Of a stretch of DNA of 32,000 nt, positions 9,438 through 19,020 are shown in pieces. The number at the start of each line of letters is the position of its first letter. Position 1 is the stretch's first letter. A program made the translations under genes and the position numbers. Source of the stretch: Idiomarina loihiensis L2TR. GTDB lineage: Bacteria > Pseudomonadota > Gammaproteobacteria > Enterobacterales > Alteromonadaceae. The notes beneath the pieces are model-generated. The model made no database searches and had not been told where the DNA came from. It worked only from the letters and a program-made list of their open reading frames with translations. Where the stretch lies: NCBI RefSeq assembly GCF_000008465.1, contig NC_006512.1:2100001-2132000 (forward strand), in the 5' to 3' direction.

Positions 9438-11162
9438 TTAAACCGGCTTAACGCCTATTGACTGAATATCACCTTTATCACTAATTTTCCTTACCGTCAG
9501 AATGACATCGCCCAAACGTATATTGTCACCAATAACAACGCGGCGATGGAATTTCTGAGAGAAGTAATCAGCGATTGTCGTACTCAGTAGAGCATCGTCC
9601 AGATTACCCAGAGGATAAAAGCTCCCGACATCAGCCAGCGTCAGGTCGCCACGTAAAGTAAAGTCGCCAAAGAAGTCTTTCTCGGATACTTTTAAGCCCT
9701 TACCACCTGATGCGAGAATTCTGCTCACTTCATCAATATCGTTTACCGTCGCGGCGACCAGCAGGCCATCACCCTCTTCCACCATAGGCTGAGTTTCTGG
9801 CTGTAACCATTCACCATCGCGAATTAACCCAACGAAGGTAGCCGGAGCCGTTAGTTTTAGCTCCTTCCAGGTATGGTCACAAGCTGGCGAGTTTTTGTCG
9901 ATTTGATAAAGCCAGACTTCTAACGCTTCCTTACTGGGCACTGAGGACAGCGGCATACGCTGCTGAGGTTTAGCTTTTAACGGCACCTCAAGCCCTAACC
10001 AACGCGCTACCGGTGCAATACTCCACCCCTGGATAATGAGTGAGATCATGACCACCACAAAAGCAATATCAAAATACAGTTCTTGATCAGGTACGCCACT
10101 TAGCCAGGGGAATAGCGCCAGTATAATAGGAACAGCACCTCTTAAACCCACCCAGCTGATAAACACCTGTTCACGCCAGGGAAAACTGAACGGCAGTAAG
10201 CTAACAACGACAGCTAATGGGCGTGCAATAAAAATTAAAGTAAAGGCAATACCAATGGCTACCGGCGCATTAGCCATTAAATGAGAAGGAACAACCAATA
10301 ACCCCAGAATAAGGAACATAGCTATCTGACTAAGCCAGGCCAGCCCATCCTGCACTTGCAGTATATGCACGAGTTGGGGTAGCCGCGCATTGCCAATAAC
10401 AAAGCCCATTAAATAGACCGCCAGAAACCCACTGGCATGAAGTTTTGCTGTTAGCGCATAAATGGAAATAGCGCAGGCTACTGCTAGCAATGGAAAAAAG
10501 CTGAAACTAAGAGGCAACTTACGCGCCGCAATAATGAATAACCGACCACCTAGCCAACCTATGGTCAGGCCGCCAATTAGCTGCCAGATGACATCAAGAC
10601 CTACCCAGTACCAGTCAGGGAAGCTGCCGCTGGCTACGGCGCCAGTCATGGTTAAAGTCAGAATAACGGCCATGGGGTCGTTACTGCCCGACTCTATTTC
10701 AAGGGTTGATGCGACCCGCTCTTTAATCTGCAACCCGCGGGACTGAAAGATACCAAACACCGCGGCGGCATCTGTTGAACTGAGTATAGCTCCCATTAGT
10801 AAAGCCGCAGGCCAGGGTAAACCAAACCAATATACCGCAGCGGAAGCCACCAGAGTACAGGTTAACGCAACACCTATAGTTGCCAGGCTAATAGCGGGCC
10901 AGAGGGCTACCCGAAAACGCTCAGGGTGCGTTCGCATCCCACCATCAAACAGGATAATAACCAAAGCTGCAGAGCCAATAAAAAACGCGATATCCGGATT
11001 GTTAAATTCGACACCTAATACACCTTGCTCACCCGCTAACATGCCAATTAACAAAAAGGTCAGCAGTACAGGTGCACCCAGCCGGTTGGATGCTACAGCG
11101 GCTAAAATGCTGACAACCAGCAGCAAGCCACACAATAAAATCAAGGTGTTAGCCGAATCCAA
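9438..11162 (-). CDS. nhaP2: K+/H+ (cation/proton) antiporter, NhaP2/CvrA type (CPA1) with C-terminal TrkA-C-like domain
   Basis: 574 aa with about 12-13 TM segments. The N-terminus (DSANTLILL...SNRLGAPVLLTFLLIGMLAGEQG) parallels E. coli CvrA/YcgO, and it contains the ESGSNDPMA motif and a soluble C-terminal regulatory domain. It uses a TTG start preceded by a strong AAGGAGA RBS 6 nt upstream. Confidence 0.88.
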   Translation of the reverse strand: MDSANTLILLCGLLLVVSILAAVASNRLGAPVLLTFLLIGMLAGEQGVLGVEFNNPDIAFFIGSAALVIILFDGGMRTHPERFRVALWPAISLATIGVALTCTLVASAAVYWFGLPWPAALLMGAILSSTDAAAVFGIFQSRGLQIKERVASTLEIESGSNDPMAVILTLTMTGAVASGSFPDWYWVGLDVIWQLIGGLTIGWLGGRLFIIAARKLPLSFSFFPLLAVACAISIYALTAKLHASGFLAVYLMGFVIGNARLPQLVHILQVQDGLAWLSQIAMFLILGLLVVPSHLMANAPVAIGIAFTLIFIARPLAVVVSLLPFSFPWREQVFISWVGLRGAVPIILALFPWLSGVPDQELYFDIAFVVVMISLIIQGWSIAPVARWLGLEVPLKAKPQQRMPLSSVPSKEALEVWLYQIDKNSPACDHTWKELKLTAPATFVGLIRDGEWLQPETQPMVEEGDGLLVAATVNDIDEVSRILASGGKGLKVSEKDFFGDFTLRGDLTLADVGSFYPLGNLDDALLSTTIADYFSQKFHRRVVIGDNIRLGDVILTVRKISDKGDIQSIGVKPV

Positions 11163-11292
11163 ATAGAATCTCCTTATCTTTGTCTCTGCTTGTTCATCAT
11201 AGCAGGTTTCACTTGGAGGCTAATGTTAGATTTCAAATCACGTTAAAACCCTTTATCCTGTGCCTCTTGATAATTAGGGTACAGGTTCGCTT

Positions 11293-11904
11293 ATGATGTC
11301 ACAAAACACCTTAGTGCTGGCTACCGGCAACGCAGGAAAAGTTGCCGAATTGCGTCACATGTTAAGTCAGACACATGCCACCGCCGACTGGCTAGTTCGC
11401 CCGCAGTCAGAATGGGACTTCGCTGAGGCTGATGAAACCGGCACCACTTTTGTCGAAAATGCCATTATAAAAGCTCGCCACGCGTGCCAGCAAACGGGGT
11501 TACCTGCTATTGCTGATGATTCAGGTCTGGCCGTTACCGCTTTAAATGGCGCTCCGGGCGTTTACTCGGCCCGCTACGCTGGCGGCAATGCCACCGACTC
11601 TGACAATATCAATAAACTACTGAAAGCCTTAGAGGGCGTTGAAGAAAGCCAGCGTCAGGCCAGTTTTCATTGCGTACTGGTTTATATGCAAAGTGCGGAA
11701 GATCCGACACCAATCATCTGTCAGGGCCGCTGGGACGGACACATATTAACTCACCCGGTTGGAGAAGAAGGTTTCGGCTACGACCCTGTGTTCTGGGTTA
11801 AGGAAAAAAACTGTTCCGCAGCGCAGTTAAGCAAAACAGAAAAACAAGCACTCAGCCACCGCGGACAAGCTTTGAAGCAACTGCTGGAGCAGCTGGCTAA
11901 ATGA
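11293..11904 (+). CDS. rdgB: Non-canonical purine NTP (dITP/XTP) pyrophosphatase RdgB
   Basis: The motifs LVLATGNAGKVAEL, ETGTTFVENAIIKAR, ADDSGL.V..LNGAPGVYSARYAG and GFGYDPVF are the Ham1/RdgB signature. It overlaps hemW by ATGA. Confidence 0.92.
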   Translation: MMSQNTLVLATGNAGKVAELRHMLSQTHATADWLVRPQSEWDFAEADETGTTFVENAIIKARHACQQTGLPAIADDSGLAVTALNGAPGVYSARYAGGNATDSDNINKLLKALEGVEESQRQASFHCVLVYMQSAEDPTPIICQGRWDGHILTHPVGEEGFGYDPVFWVKEKNCSAAQLSKTEKQALSHRGQALKQLLEQLAK

Positions 11905-13052
11905 CTTCTCCTCTGACGCTTCCGCCGTTATCGCTGTATATACACATTCCTTGGTGTATTCAAAAATGCCCTTATTGTGATTTTAACTCACATAAACTGA
12001 CCGGAGATGTACCTGAAGCAAGCTACGTCGGCCGTCTTTTAGAAGACTTACGAGCCGACATTGACTGGGTTCAGGGTCGGGAAATTCAGTCAATATTTAT
12101 CGGTGGGGGGACGCCGAGTGTCTTGTCTGCAAAAGCGATACAGCAGTTAATGGACGGCGTTCGTTCAATAGTCGCACTAAGTCCCGATTGCGAAGTGACT
12201 ATGGAAGCCAACCCGGGAACCTTTGAGACCGAAAAGTTCTCAGCCTTCGTTGCCGCAGGCATAAACCGGTTATCTATTGGTGTCCAGAGCTTACAGGAGC
12301 ATCAGTTACAACGCCTGGGGCGTATTCACAATCCGCAACAGGCAATAAATGCGGCCGCACACGCAAGTGAACTACCGCTATCCAGTTTTAATCTCGACCT
12401 TATGCACGGCTTACCGGATCAAACCGTAGAAATGGCTTTAGACGACCTACGTCAGATCATTGCCCTGAATCCACCGCATATCTCCTGGTATCAGTTGACT
12501 ATTGAGCCTAACACGCTGTTTGCGAGCCAACCTCCGGAACTACCGGACGACGATACACTGTGGGAAATTTACCAGCAGGGCCATAAACTTCTGGAGGCTG
12601 CGGGTTATTCTCAGTACGAAGTGAGCGCTTACGCTAAACCCGGCCATCAAAGCAGGCACAACCGTAACTACTGGCAATATGGCGACTATTTAGGTATTGG
12701 TTGCGGAGCCCACAGCAAAGTCACTCTGCCTCAACAAAATAAAATTCTGCGTTGCGAAAAAGTGAAGCACCCCAAAGGCTATTTAGATTTAACCAAGCCT
12801 CTGCGCTATCAATTAAAAGAAGTTGCAGTAGAAGACCGCTTGTTTGAGTTTTTCATGAACCAATTCCGCTTACTGGAGCCGGTTAGTAAAAGTAACTTTG
12901 AACAAACCACAGCTCTTTCTGCAGAGGTAGCTTCAAAGCAGTTAACGGAAGCGAAAACTCTGGAGCTTGTAACGGAAGACGAGCTTAACTGGCAACTAAC
13001 TCAACGCGGTCACAGATTTCTAAACTCGGTTCTGGATACGCTTCTGGATTAA
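11901..13052 (+). CDS. hemW: Radical SAM heme chaperone HemW (HemN-like, YggW)
   Basis: It has the [19 protein letters not shown] radical-SAM CxxxCxxC motif, then [10 protein letters not shown] and a HemN_C-like C-terminus. The rdgB-hemW order matches E. coli yggV-yggW. Confidence 0.9.
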   Translation: MTSPLTLPPLSLYIHIPWCIQKCPYCDFNSHKLTGDVPEASYVGRLLEDLRADIDWVQGREIQSIFIGGGTPSVLSAKAIQQLMDGVRSIVALSPDCEVTMEANPGTFETEKFSAFVAAGINRLSIGVQSLQEHQLQRLGRIHNPQQAINAAAHASELPLSSFNLDLMHGLPDQTVEMALDDLRQIIALNPPHISWYQLTIEPNTLFASQPPELPDDDTLWEIYQQGHKLLEAAGYSQYEVSAYAKPGHQSRHNRNYWQYGDYLGIGCGAHSKVTLPQQNKILRCEKVKHPKGYLDLTKPLRYQLKEVAVEDRLFEFFMNQFRLLEPVSKSNFEQTTALSAEVASKQLTEAKTLELVTEDELNWQLTQRGHRFLNSVLDTLLD

Positions 13053-13786
13053 CCCAGAAGCGTGGCAGATTTATTGGTTTTAAACTGAAGATCCCAAACG
13101 CCATGGCCTTTTCCTTCGCCCCGGCGTTCAAACTTGGTTTTTGGGCGGTTCTCAGGACGTGGTACGTAGTCACCTGAAGACGACAAATTGGTTAACCGGG
13201 GTTCGTCATTCAGAACTTCCAGCATATGCTCTGCGTAGTTTTCCCAGTCTGTTGCAAGATGAATGACTCCGCCAGTCTCAATTTTCTGAATTAATAATTT
13301 CACAAACTCAGGCTGCACAATGCGGCGTTTATGGTGACGCTTCTTATGCCAGGGGTCGGGAAAGAAAATTTGAACACAGTTCAGGCTATTATCCGGAATG
13401 CATTGTTTTAATACTTCGACCGCGTCTTCATGAAACACCCGAAAGTTTTCCACCCCTGCTTCCTCTGCCGCCATAAGGCAAGCACCTACACCGGGTTCAT
13501 GCACTTCTATACCAATAAAGTCACGTTCGGGAGCATTAGCTGCCATCTCAACTAGTGAATGCCCCATACCAAAACCAATTTCCAGCGTTACCGGGGCTTC
13601 ACGGCCGAAGACCATAGCAAGATCCAGTCGTCCATTTTCCAGCGTTAGTCCAACGGTTGGCCATAGACGTTCAATAGCCGCCGCCTGGCCTTTGGTCAGC
13701 CTTCCTTCTCTTTTCACAAAGCTGCGCACTGTTCTCACGTATTTGCCTGCAGCGGCGGCTTCTTCGGCACTTTTAAAATGGCTCAT
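13049..13786 (-). CDS. trmB: tRNA (guanine46-N7)-methyltransferase
   Basis: The motifs [40 protein letters not shown] and KFERRG...GHGVWDL form the TrmB signature. I chose the ATG at 13786 (MSHFKSAEE). The 12-codon extension to 13822 would overlap the terminator of the upstream gene. Confidence 0.9.
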   Translation of the reverse strand: MSHFKSAEEAAAAGKYVRTVRSFVKREGRLTKGQAAAIERLWPTVGLTLENGRLDLAMVFGREAPVTLEIGFGMGHSLVEMAANAPERDFIGIEVHEPGVGACLMAAEEAGVENFRVFHEDAVEVLKQCIPDNSLNCVQIFFPDPWHKKRHHKRRIVQPEFVKLLIQKIETGGVIHLATDWENYAEHMLEVLNDEPRLTNLSSSGDYVPRPENRPKTKFERRGEGKGHGVWDLQFKTNKSATLLG

Positions 13787-13820
13787 GACTTTCCTGAAAA
13801 TTAATGACTTAGCGAATACC

Positions 13821-13852
13821 AAAAAAACAGGCCTGAAAAATCAGGCCTGTTT
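13821..13852 (-). terminator. Rho-independent terminator downstream of the OmpA-family gene
   Basis: On the minus strand the sequence reads AACAGGCCTGA-TTTT-TCAGGCCTGTT followed by TTTTTTT. This is a GC-rich perfect stem followed by a U-tract, about 47 nt after the stop at 13899. Confidence 0.8.
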
Positions 13853-13898
13853 AGAGTAGAGCTATTATCGCTATTTCAAGCAATCAATACAATCGGTA

Positions 13899-14990
13899 TT
13901 AACGAGTTTTAGGTACCCGGTTTACGACTTTCAATGTTGCTTCTATGCGACGGTTTTCCTGTCTGTCAGCAGCGCTGTTCTCACGAACTTTTGGTTGAGA
14001 TTCACCGTGACCTTTAAAGTCAACGCGGCTCTTCTCAATACCATGTTGCTTAACAAGTGCGTTGGCAACAGCTTCTGCGCGACGCTCAGACAACCACTGG
14101 TTATATTTCGCTTCGCCCGTGCTGTCCGTATGTCCGTGAATAGTGATATCCAACTGTGGATGCTCTTTCATGAACTCCGCCATATCCTTAATGTCTGACC
14201 GTTCACCACTGCGGATGTTCGAAGAGTTTAAGTCAAACTCTACCAGCAACTCTTCAGTAATGGTCTCGTTTTCATAAAGAATACAACCAGTCTCATCTAC
14301 TGAGTAATTTTTAGGTGTATTGGCACATTTGTCTTTTGAATCAACAACGCCATCACCATCAGAATCTACAGGTTTAGACTCCGGCTCAGGTGCCGCTTGT
14401 TGAGGCTCCGGACGTGGCTCTGGACGTGTTCTTGGTTCAGGGCTGGTATCGCGACCACCAAAGAACCATTGCAAACCAACGTTTGCGAACATTTCTGTGT
14501 AGTCTTCTTCCCAACCACGCTGAGCTCCACCTTCCACACGCCAGGCCAGATTATCGGTTATAAAGCTACGATGACCAAGCGTGACTCGCGCAGCAACATC
14601 CGTCACATCACCAATTTCAGTGTTGTTTACACCTAAACCAGCATAAAAGTTGTTGTTGAAGTGGTATAGCGCATCAACACCGTAGCTGTCGCCGTAGGCG
14701 TCGCCTGCGCCAACCAGATCGGCTTCCATGTAGTCATAATAAATGCGGGCTTCCCATGCCTCAGTAAACATCATGCCGGCTTCAACGCCTGAAGTAATGG
14801 TTTTGAAACCGTCATCAACAGAGAATACTTGACCATTTTTTACCGCAACACGATCATCGTCGGCAGAAAATGCGCCTAAACGCGCGCCCAGATAAAAGTC
14901 GTTTTGCTCAACCTCAGTTTGTTGTGCAAAAACTGGAGCGGTTAATCCAGCGGTTAGCAAAGATATAGTGATTAGATTTAAGGTTTTCAT
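13899..14990 (-). CDS. OmpA/OprF-family outer-membrane protein (N-terminal beta-barrel, Pro-rich linker, TSP3-type Ca-binding motif, OmpA C-terminal peptidoglycan-binding domain)
   Basis: 363 aa from the ATG at 14990, with GGAG 8 nt upstream. It has a signal peptide (TAGLTAPVFA/QQ) and a barrel segment ending ...VGLQWFFGG. These are followed by the linker PEPRTRPEPRPEPQQAAPEPE, the motif DSDGDGVVDSKDKC...GC, and then the OmpA_C motifs (GHTDSTGEAKYNQWLSERRAEAV...NRRIE). Confidence 0.88.
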   Translation of the reverse strand: MKTLNLITISLLTAGLTAPVFAQQTEVEQNDFYLGARLGAFSADDDRVAVKNGQVFSVDDGFKTITSGVEAGMMFTEAWEARIYYDYMEADLVGAGDAYGDSYGVDALYHFNNNFYAGLGVNNTEIGDVTDVAARVTLGHRSFITDNLAWRVEGGAQRGWEEDYTEMFANVGLQWFFGGRDTSPEPRTRPEPRPEPQQAAPEPESKPVDSDGDGVVDSKDKCANTPKNYSVDETGCILYENETITEELLVEFDLNSSNIRSGERSDIKDMAEFMKEHPQLDITIHGHTDSTGEAKYNQWLSERRAEAVANALVKQHGIEKSRVDFKGHGESQPKVRENSAADRQENRRIEATLKVVNRVPKTR

Positions 14991-15105
14991 TGCAAAGCTC
15001 CTTTTAATTGCAATAACAATCATGCTCGGAATATGAGACACTGTGTATGACATAAAGACTAGTACATTTTTTGAATAAGTCATTTTTATTTGCAGAGATT
15101 TACAG

Positions 15106-16146
15106 TTGACTCAGACATTTAGCTCACAGGTTCTCAATTGGTTTCAGCAATACGGGCGCAAGCATCTGCCATGGCAGAAAAACGTCACGCCCTATCGCGT
15201 CTGGGTGTCAGAAATTATGCTGCAACAAACCCAGGTCACTACCGTTATTCCGTACTTCGAACGTTTTATGGCAACCTTTCCTACGGTTCAGGAACTGGCC
15301 TCAGCCCCACAAGACAAAGTATTGAATTTATGGACTGGATTAGGCTATTACGCAAGAGCCCGGAACCTTCATAAAACCGCAAAACTTGTTTGCACTGAAT
15401 ATAACGGTGAATTTCCAAAAAAAGTTCATGAACTCGAACAATTACCTGGGGTTGGCCGCTCAACAGCGGGTGCAATTCGCTCTCTTGGACATGGTGAGTA
15501 CGCGCCTATTTTAGATGGCAACGTTAAGCGTGTATTAGCACGCCATTTTGCTGTTTCTGGCTGGCCTGGTAAGGCAGATGTTTTGAAGCAGCTGTGGCAA
15601 CTGAGCGAACAGTTGACCCCGAAGCAAGACTCCGGCGCATACAATCAGGCAATGATGGATATCGGTGCAATGATTTGCACTCGCAGTAAACCGCTTTGCG
15701 AGCAATGCCCTGTCAATAGCACCTGTATTGCCAGAGCAACGGACACAATAGCACAGTATCCGGGAAAGAAGCCGAAAAAGATTAAACCAGTAAAAACAAC
15801 CCACATGCTGCTTTTTCGGCATAATCATCAGTTCTTGCTGGAGAAGCGCCCCCAGTCTGGTATATGGGGCGGGCTTTGGTGCTTTCCACAATGTGATGAG
15901 GAAACGGACATTCCTTCCTTAGCCCAACAATACGGTGTCACTGAACTGGCAAGACAGCAACTGACACCTTTTCGTCATACTTTTAGTCACTTCCACCTGG
16001 ATTGCAAGCCTCTGCTGATTGATGTCGCTCCCTCTGAGATTTTACTCAACGAAGCTCAACATTTATGGGTAAAGGCTGATACCAATCAGGACTTGGGCTT
16101 TGCTGCACCAACCGTTAAACTGATGGAGCAGTTAACTACTAAATAG
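15106..16146 (+). CDS. mutY: A/G-specific adenine DNA glycosylase MutY
   Basis: The N-terminus [20 protein letters not shown] parallels E. coli MutY ([20 protein letters not shown]). It has [12 protein letters not shown], the HhH-GPD segment [12 protein letters not shown], the 4Fe-4S cluster loop C.....C..C.....C ([17 protein letters not shown]) and a NUDIX-like C-terminal domain. The only in-frame start after the upstream stop is the TTG at 15106. Confidence 0.92.
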   Translation: MTQTFSSQVLNWFQQYGRKHLPWQKNVTPYRVWVSEIMLQQTQVTTVIPYFERFMATFPTVQELASAPQDKVLNLWTGLGYYARARNLHKTAKLVCTEYNGEFPKKVHELEQLPGVGRSTAGAIRSLGHGEYAPILDGNVKRVLARHFAVSGWPGKADVLKQLWQLSEQLTPKQDSGAYNQAMMDIGAMICTRSKPLCEQCPVNSTCIARATDTIAQYPGKKPKKIKPVKTTHMLLFRHNHQFLLEKRPQSGIWGGLWCFPQCDEETDIPSLAQQYGVTELARQQLTPFRHTFSHFHLDCKPLLIDVAPSEILLNEAQHLWVKADTNQDLGFAAPTVKLMEQLTTK

Positions 16147-16157
16147 GTGAACACCGC

Positions 16158-16430
16158 ATGAGCCGCACTGTATTTTGTGAGCATTTTCAAAAAGAAGCCG
16201 AAGGCCTCGATTTTCAACTCTACCCCGGCGAGCTGGGCGAGCGTATTTTTAACCATATATCAAAAGACGCCTGGGCTGAGTGGCAAAAGAAGCAGACCAT
16301 GCTGATAAACGAAAAACGGTTAAACATGATGGATCCGACTGATCGTGAGTTTCTTGAAAAGCAGATGACAGCCTTTTTATTCGAAGGAAAAGCCCCTGAA
16401 ATTGAAGGCTACACCCCACCAGAGAGTTAA
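16158..16430 (+). CDS. yggX: Fe(2+)-trafficking / oxidative-damage protection protein YggX
   Basis: This 90-aa protein (MSRTVFC....[17 protein letters not shown]...ISK.AW..W...QTMLINE..LNM) is near-collinear with E. coli YggX. It sits immediately after mutY, as in enterics. Confidence 0.9.
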   Translation: MSRTVFCEHFQKEAEGLDFQLYPGELGERIFNHISKDAWAEWQKKQTMLINEKRLNMMDPTDREFLEKQMTAFLFEGKAPEIEGYTPPES

Positions 16431-16484
16431 TGCATTACATTAACGAATTTCCGGACTTGACTCTTTTTTCTTGTAAATCGAAAT

Positions 16485-16507
16485 TATTGTCTAATATATT
16501 GACAATA
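16485..16507. promoter_or_regulatory. Operator-like palindrome in the yggX-proB intergenic region, overlapping a weak candidate promoter
   Basis: The palindrome is TATTGTC-N9-GACAATA (16485-16491 / 16501-16507). A possible promoter is TTGTAA (16471-16476), an 18-nt spacer, then TATATT (16495-16500). Neither is assigned to a known regulator. Confidence 0.25.
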
Positions 16508-16586
16508 GGTATGGCTTATGAGCCTCGCTGGAGCTTAGACAGCCAATCTGTTAGACTACTAACGAATTCAACAAAAGGGAGTCTCT

Positions 16587-17702
16587 ATGAAAGCGCCATC
16601 CTGGCGAAGAGCCGTACTGAAAGTGGGGAGTGCGCTCATCGCGCCAGATGAAACTGGGGTTAGCACCAAATACCTATTACCCATAGCTCGTTTTATTAAC
16701 GAGTGCCGAGAACGCGGGCAAGAAGTTGTCTTAGTCTCGTCAGGCAGCGTTGCTGCCGGCCGCAAACATTTTAACTTTGAACACAAGAAAGTACCGGTTG
16801 CTGTGCGTAAAGCAATGTCCGCAGTCGGTCAAAATGAAATGATGGGTTACTGGTCACGCTTTTTCGATTCCCCCTGCGCCCAGTTGCTTATGACCCACAG
16901 TGACTTACGCGACCGAGCTCGCTACGTCAGCATTAAAAACACCCTAAACAGATTGTTAGAGCACGACATTTTACCGGTGGTAAATGAGAACGATGCTCTT
17001 GCTACTGACGAAATGAAAGTGGGTGATAACGACAACTTGTCGGCCATGATCGCGACTTTGGTTGATGCCGACGCGCTGTTTATTTGTTCAGACATCGACG
17101 GTCTGTATGACTCAGATCCGAACCTGAATCCGGACGCGAAAAAAATACCGGTGGTTGAACAAATTGACGAAAGCATTTATTCGCTTGCCGGTGGTTCAGT
17201 AAGTTCCGTCGGTACCGGGGGAATGCGCACTAAAGTTGAGGCGGCAGAAAAAGCTACTTCACACGGTATCGATACTTACATAGTTAACGGTCGTAAGGGT
17301 GAAACTTTTGAATCGTTACTACAGGGGGACATCCCCGGCACATTATTCCGTCGCCAATCTGATCCAATTAGCAATAAAAAGCATTGGTTAAGACATACTC
17401 TGGTTGCCCAGGGTGAAATATTGGTTGATGAAGGTGCTGAGAAAGCATTAATTGAGAACGGTGCCTCACTACTGAGTTCAGGCATTGTTGATGTACAAGG
17501 TGACTTTGATCGCGGTGACGCCGTGCTGGTTCGCAGCGCCAACGATACTGACGCTATCGCAAAAGGTATTTGTCAGTACAGCGCACATGAACTGATGCAT
17601 ATTAAAGGGCAGCAAACGGAAGATATAGCGGAGAAATTTGGCTATAGCCCAATTACGGAAGTTATTCACCGCGACGATCTAATGATTTTGGAGGATTCAT
17701 GA
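16587..17702 (+). CDS. proB: Glutamate 5-kinase (with C-terminal PUA domain)
   Basis: It carries amino-acid-kinase motifs (VLKVGSALI, VLVSSGSVAAG, PVVNENDA..T.E...GDND.LSA, GTGGM.TK) and a PUA domain (GEILVDEGAEKAL...GASLL.SGI). A GGGAG RBS lies 6 nt upstream. It overlaps proA by ATGA. Confidence 0.93.
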   Translation: MKAPSWRRAVLKVGSALIAPDETGVSTKYLLPIARFINECRERGQEVVLVSSGSVAAGRKHFNFEHKKVPVAVRKAMSAVGQNEMMGYWSRFFDSPCAQLLMTHSDLRDRARYVSIKNTLNRLLEHDILPVVNENDALATDEMKVGDNDNLSAMIATLVDADALFICSDIDGLYDSDPNLNPDAKKIPVVEQIDESIYSLAGGSVSSVGTGGMRTKVEAAEKATSHGIDTYIVNGRKGETFESLLQGDIPGTLFRRQSDPISNKKHWLRHTLVAQGEILVDEGAEKALIENGASLLSSGIVDVQGDFDRGDAVLVRSANDTDAIAKGICQYSAHELMHIKGQQTEDIAEKFGYSPITEVIHRDDLMILEDS

Positions 17703-18952
17703 GCCAGCAACTAGCAAAAGAAATTTCGCAACGCGCCGCAAAAGCGGCACGCGCTGTAGCAACCTTATCGGAAACGGACAAAAACGCCGTACTTCAAAAA
17801 ATGGCTGACGCTATTCGCGCACGTCAGGATAAGATTATTGAAGTAAATAAAAAAGATTTGGCCACAGGCAAAGAAAAAGGCCTAAGCGACGCTATGATGG
17901 ATCGCCTGGAATTAACGCCAGAGCGTGTCGAAGGCATGGCTTCTGCCATTGAAGAGATCATTGCATTGAAAGATCCTGTAGGCGACAGCTACGTTCTCGA
18001 TGAGCGCCCTAACGGCATGAAAATTGAGAAAATGCGTATTCCTCTCGGCGTTATCTGCATGATTTATGAAGCACGTCCGAATGTCACAGCTGACGCTGGA
18101 GCGCTATGCTTTAAGTCTGGTAACGCAGTAATTTTACGTTGTGGCCGGGAAGCCATTGAGAGCAGTAAAGCCATTGCTGAAGCCTTGCACGAAGCTTTAG
18201 AAGCCAGCAATCTACCTAAAGACGTTATCACCGTGGTGCCAACACCTGACCGCGAACTGATGACTGAACTTCTGCAACAGAAAGACTATATCGATCTGGT
18301 TATTCCTCGCGGCGGTGAAGGTCTGATTCACTTCGTTAGCGATACCAGCAAAATCCCAGTCATTCAACATTACAAAGGTGTTTGCCACCTGTATGTGGAT
18401 AAAGACGCAGACCTTGATAAAGCTCTGGCAATTTTACTTAACGGTAAAACTCAGCGTACCGGCGTTTGTAATGCGCTCGAAGGTCTACTGGTTCATCAGG
18501 ACGTTGCTGATAAGTTCTTGCCTATGGCTGCTAAGGCTCTGGCAGAGAAAGACGTAACCATCCACGCCGATAAGCGTTCAGTAAGCTACTTTGATGGCGC
18601 TGATGAGATTGCAGACGATGCTTTTGGTGAAGAATACCTGGCTCTTGAGATTGCGGTTCGCACCGTCGACAACTACGAAGGTGCTATTGAGCATATTCAG
18701 GAGTTTGGTAGCGGTCATACCGAAGTTATTATCACTGAAAACGATGAAACCGCTAAGCGTTTCATTCGTGAAGTAGATTCAGCCGTTACCATGGCAAATG
18801 TCTCTTCTCGCTTCTCTGATGGCGGCCAGTTAGGTTTGGGTGCTGAAATTGGTATCTCCACCAGCAAGCTGCACGCATACGGACCAATGGGTCTTGAGGC
18901 ACTAACAACTGAAAAATTCGTGGTGACCGGTAACGGTCAGGTTCGCGACTGA
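17699..18952 (+). CDS. proA: Gamma-glutamyl phosphate reductase (glutamate-5-semialdehyde dehydrogenase)
   Basis: 417 aa with the motifs IYEARPNVT.DA..LC.KSGNAVILR.G.EA, IDLVIPRGG..LI, GVCNA.E.LLVH, HTE.I.T and ASTRF.DG...GLGAEIGIST.KLHA.GP, which together form the ProA signature. Confidence 0.93.
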   Translation: MSQQLAKEISQRAAKAARAVATLSETDKNAVLQKMADAIRARQDKIIEVNKKDLATGKEKGLSDAMMDRLELTPERVEGMASAIEEIIALKDPVGDSYVLDERPNGMKIEKMRIPLGVICMIYEARPNVTADAGALCFKSGNAVILRCGREAIESSKAIAEALHEALEASNLPKDVITVVPTPDRELMTELLQQKDYIDLVIPRGGEGLIHFVSDTSKIPVIQHYKGVCHLYVDKDADLDKALAILLNGKTQRTGVCNALEGLLVHQDVADKFLPMAAKALAEKDVTIHADKRSVSYFDGADEIADDAFGEEYLALEIAVRTVDNYEGAIEHIQEFGSGHTEVIITENDETAKRFIREVDSAVTMANVSSRFSDGGQLGLGAEIGISTSKLHAYGPMGLEALTTEKFVVTGNGQVRD

Positions 18953-18970
18953 TTCAGTGCTTAGCGCATT

Positions 18971-19008
18971 AAAAAGCCCCGGTCACTTCAAGTGGCCGGG
19001 GCTTTTTT
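18971..19008. terminator. Bidirectional rho-independent terminator between proA (+) and waaA-kdkA (-)
   Basis: The sequence is AAAAA-GCCCCGGTCAC-TTCAA-GTGGCCGGGGC-TTTTTT. It forms an 11-bp GC-rich stem with one G.U pair, flanked by an A-run upstream and a T-run downstream, so it can terminate both convergent transcripts. Confidence 0.85.
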
Positions 19009-19020
19009 ATGGCTTAAAAC

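Noticed and set aside
13787-13822. 12-codon extension of trmB
   Set aside because: It would overlap the rho-independent terminator of the upstream OmpA-family gene. The ATG at 13786 gives an N-terminus consistent with TrmB.
14372-14446. Repetitive CCGGnnC/GGCTC-type DNA, considered as a tandem repeat or VNTR
   Set aside because: It encodes the PEPRxRPEPRPEP Pro-rich hinge of the OmpA/OprF-type protein. This is coding low-complexity sequence, not an independent repeat element.
14991-15083. 31-codon N-terminal extension of the OmpA-family ORF
   Set aside because: The ATG at 14990 has a GGAG RBS and is followed immediately by a canonical signal peptide. The extension would bury that signal peptide internally.
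16426-16444. GTTAATG-CATTA-CATTAAC hairpin overlapping the yggX stop
   Set aside because: The stem is short and AT-rich with no U-tract. It is probably a coincidental palindrome around TAATGCATTA.
16430-16651. 73-aa ORF spanning the yggX-proB spacer and running into proB in another frame
   Set aside because: It has no RBS and overlaps the well-supported proB start. The region is better explained as a promoter or operator region. I also considered the internal MAYEPRW... start as a leader peptide, but found no terminator/antiterminator architecture or Pro-codon run.
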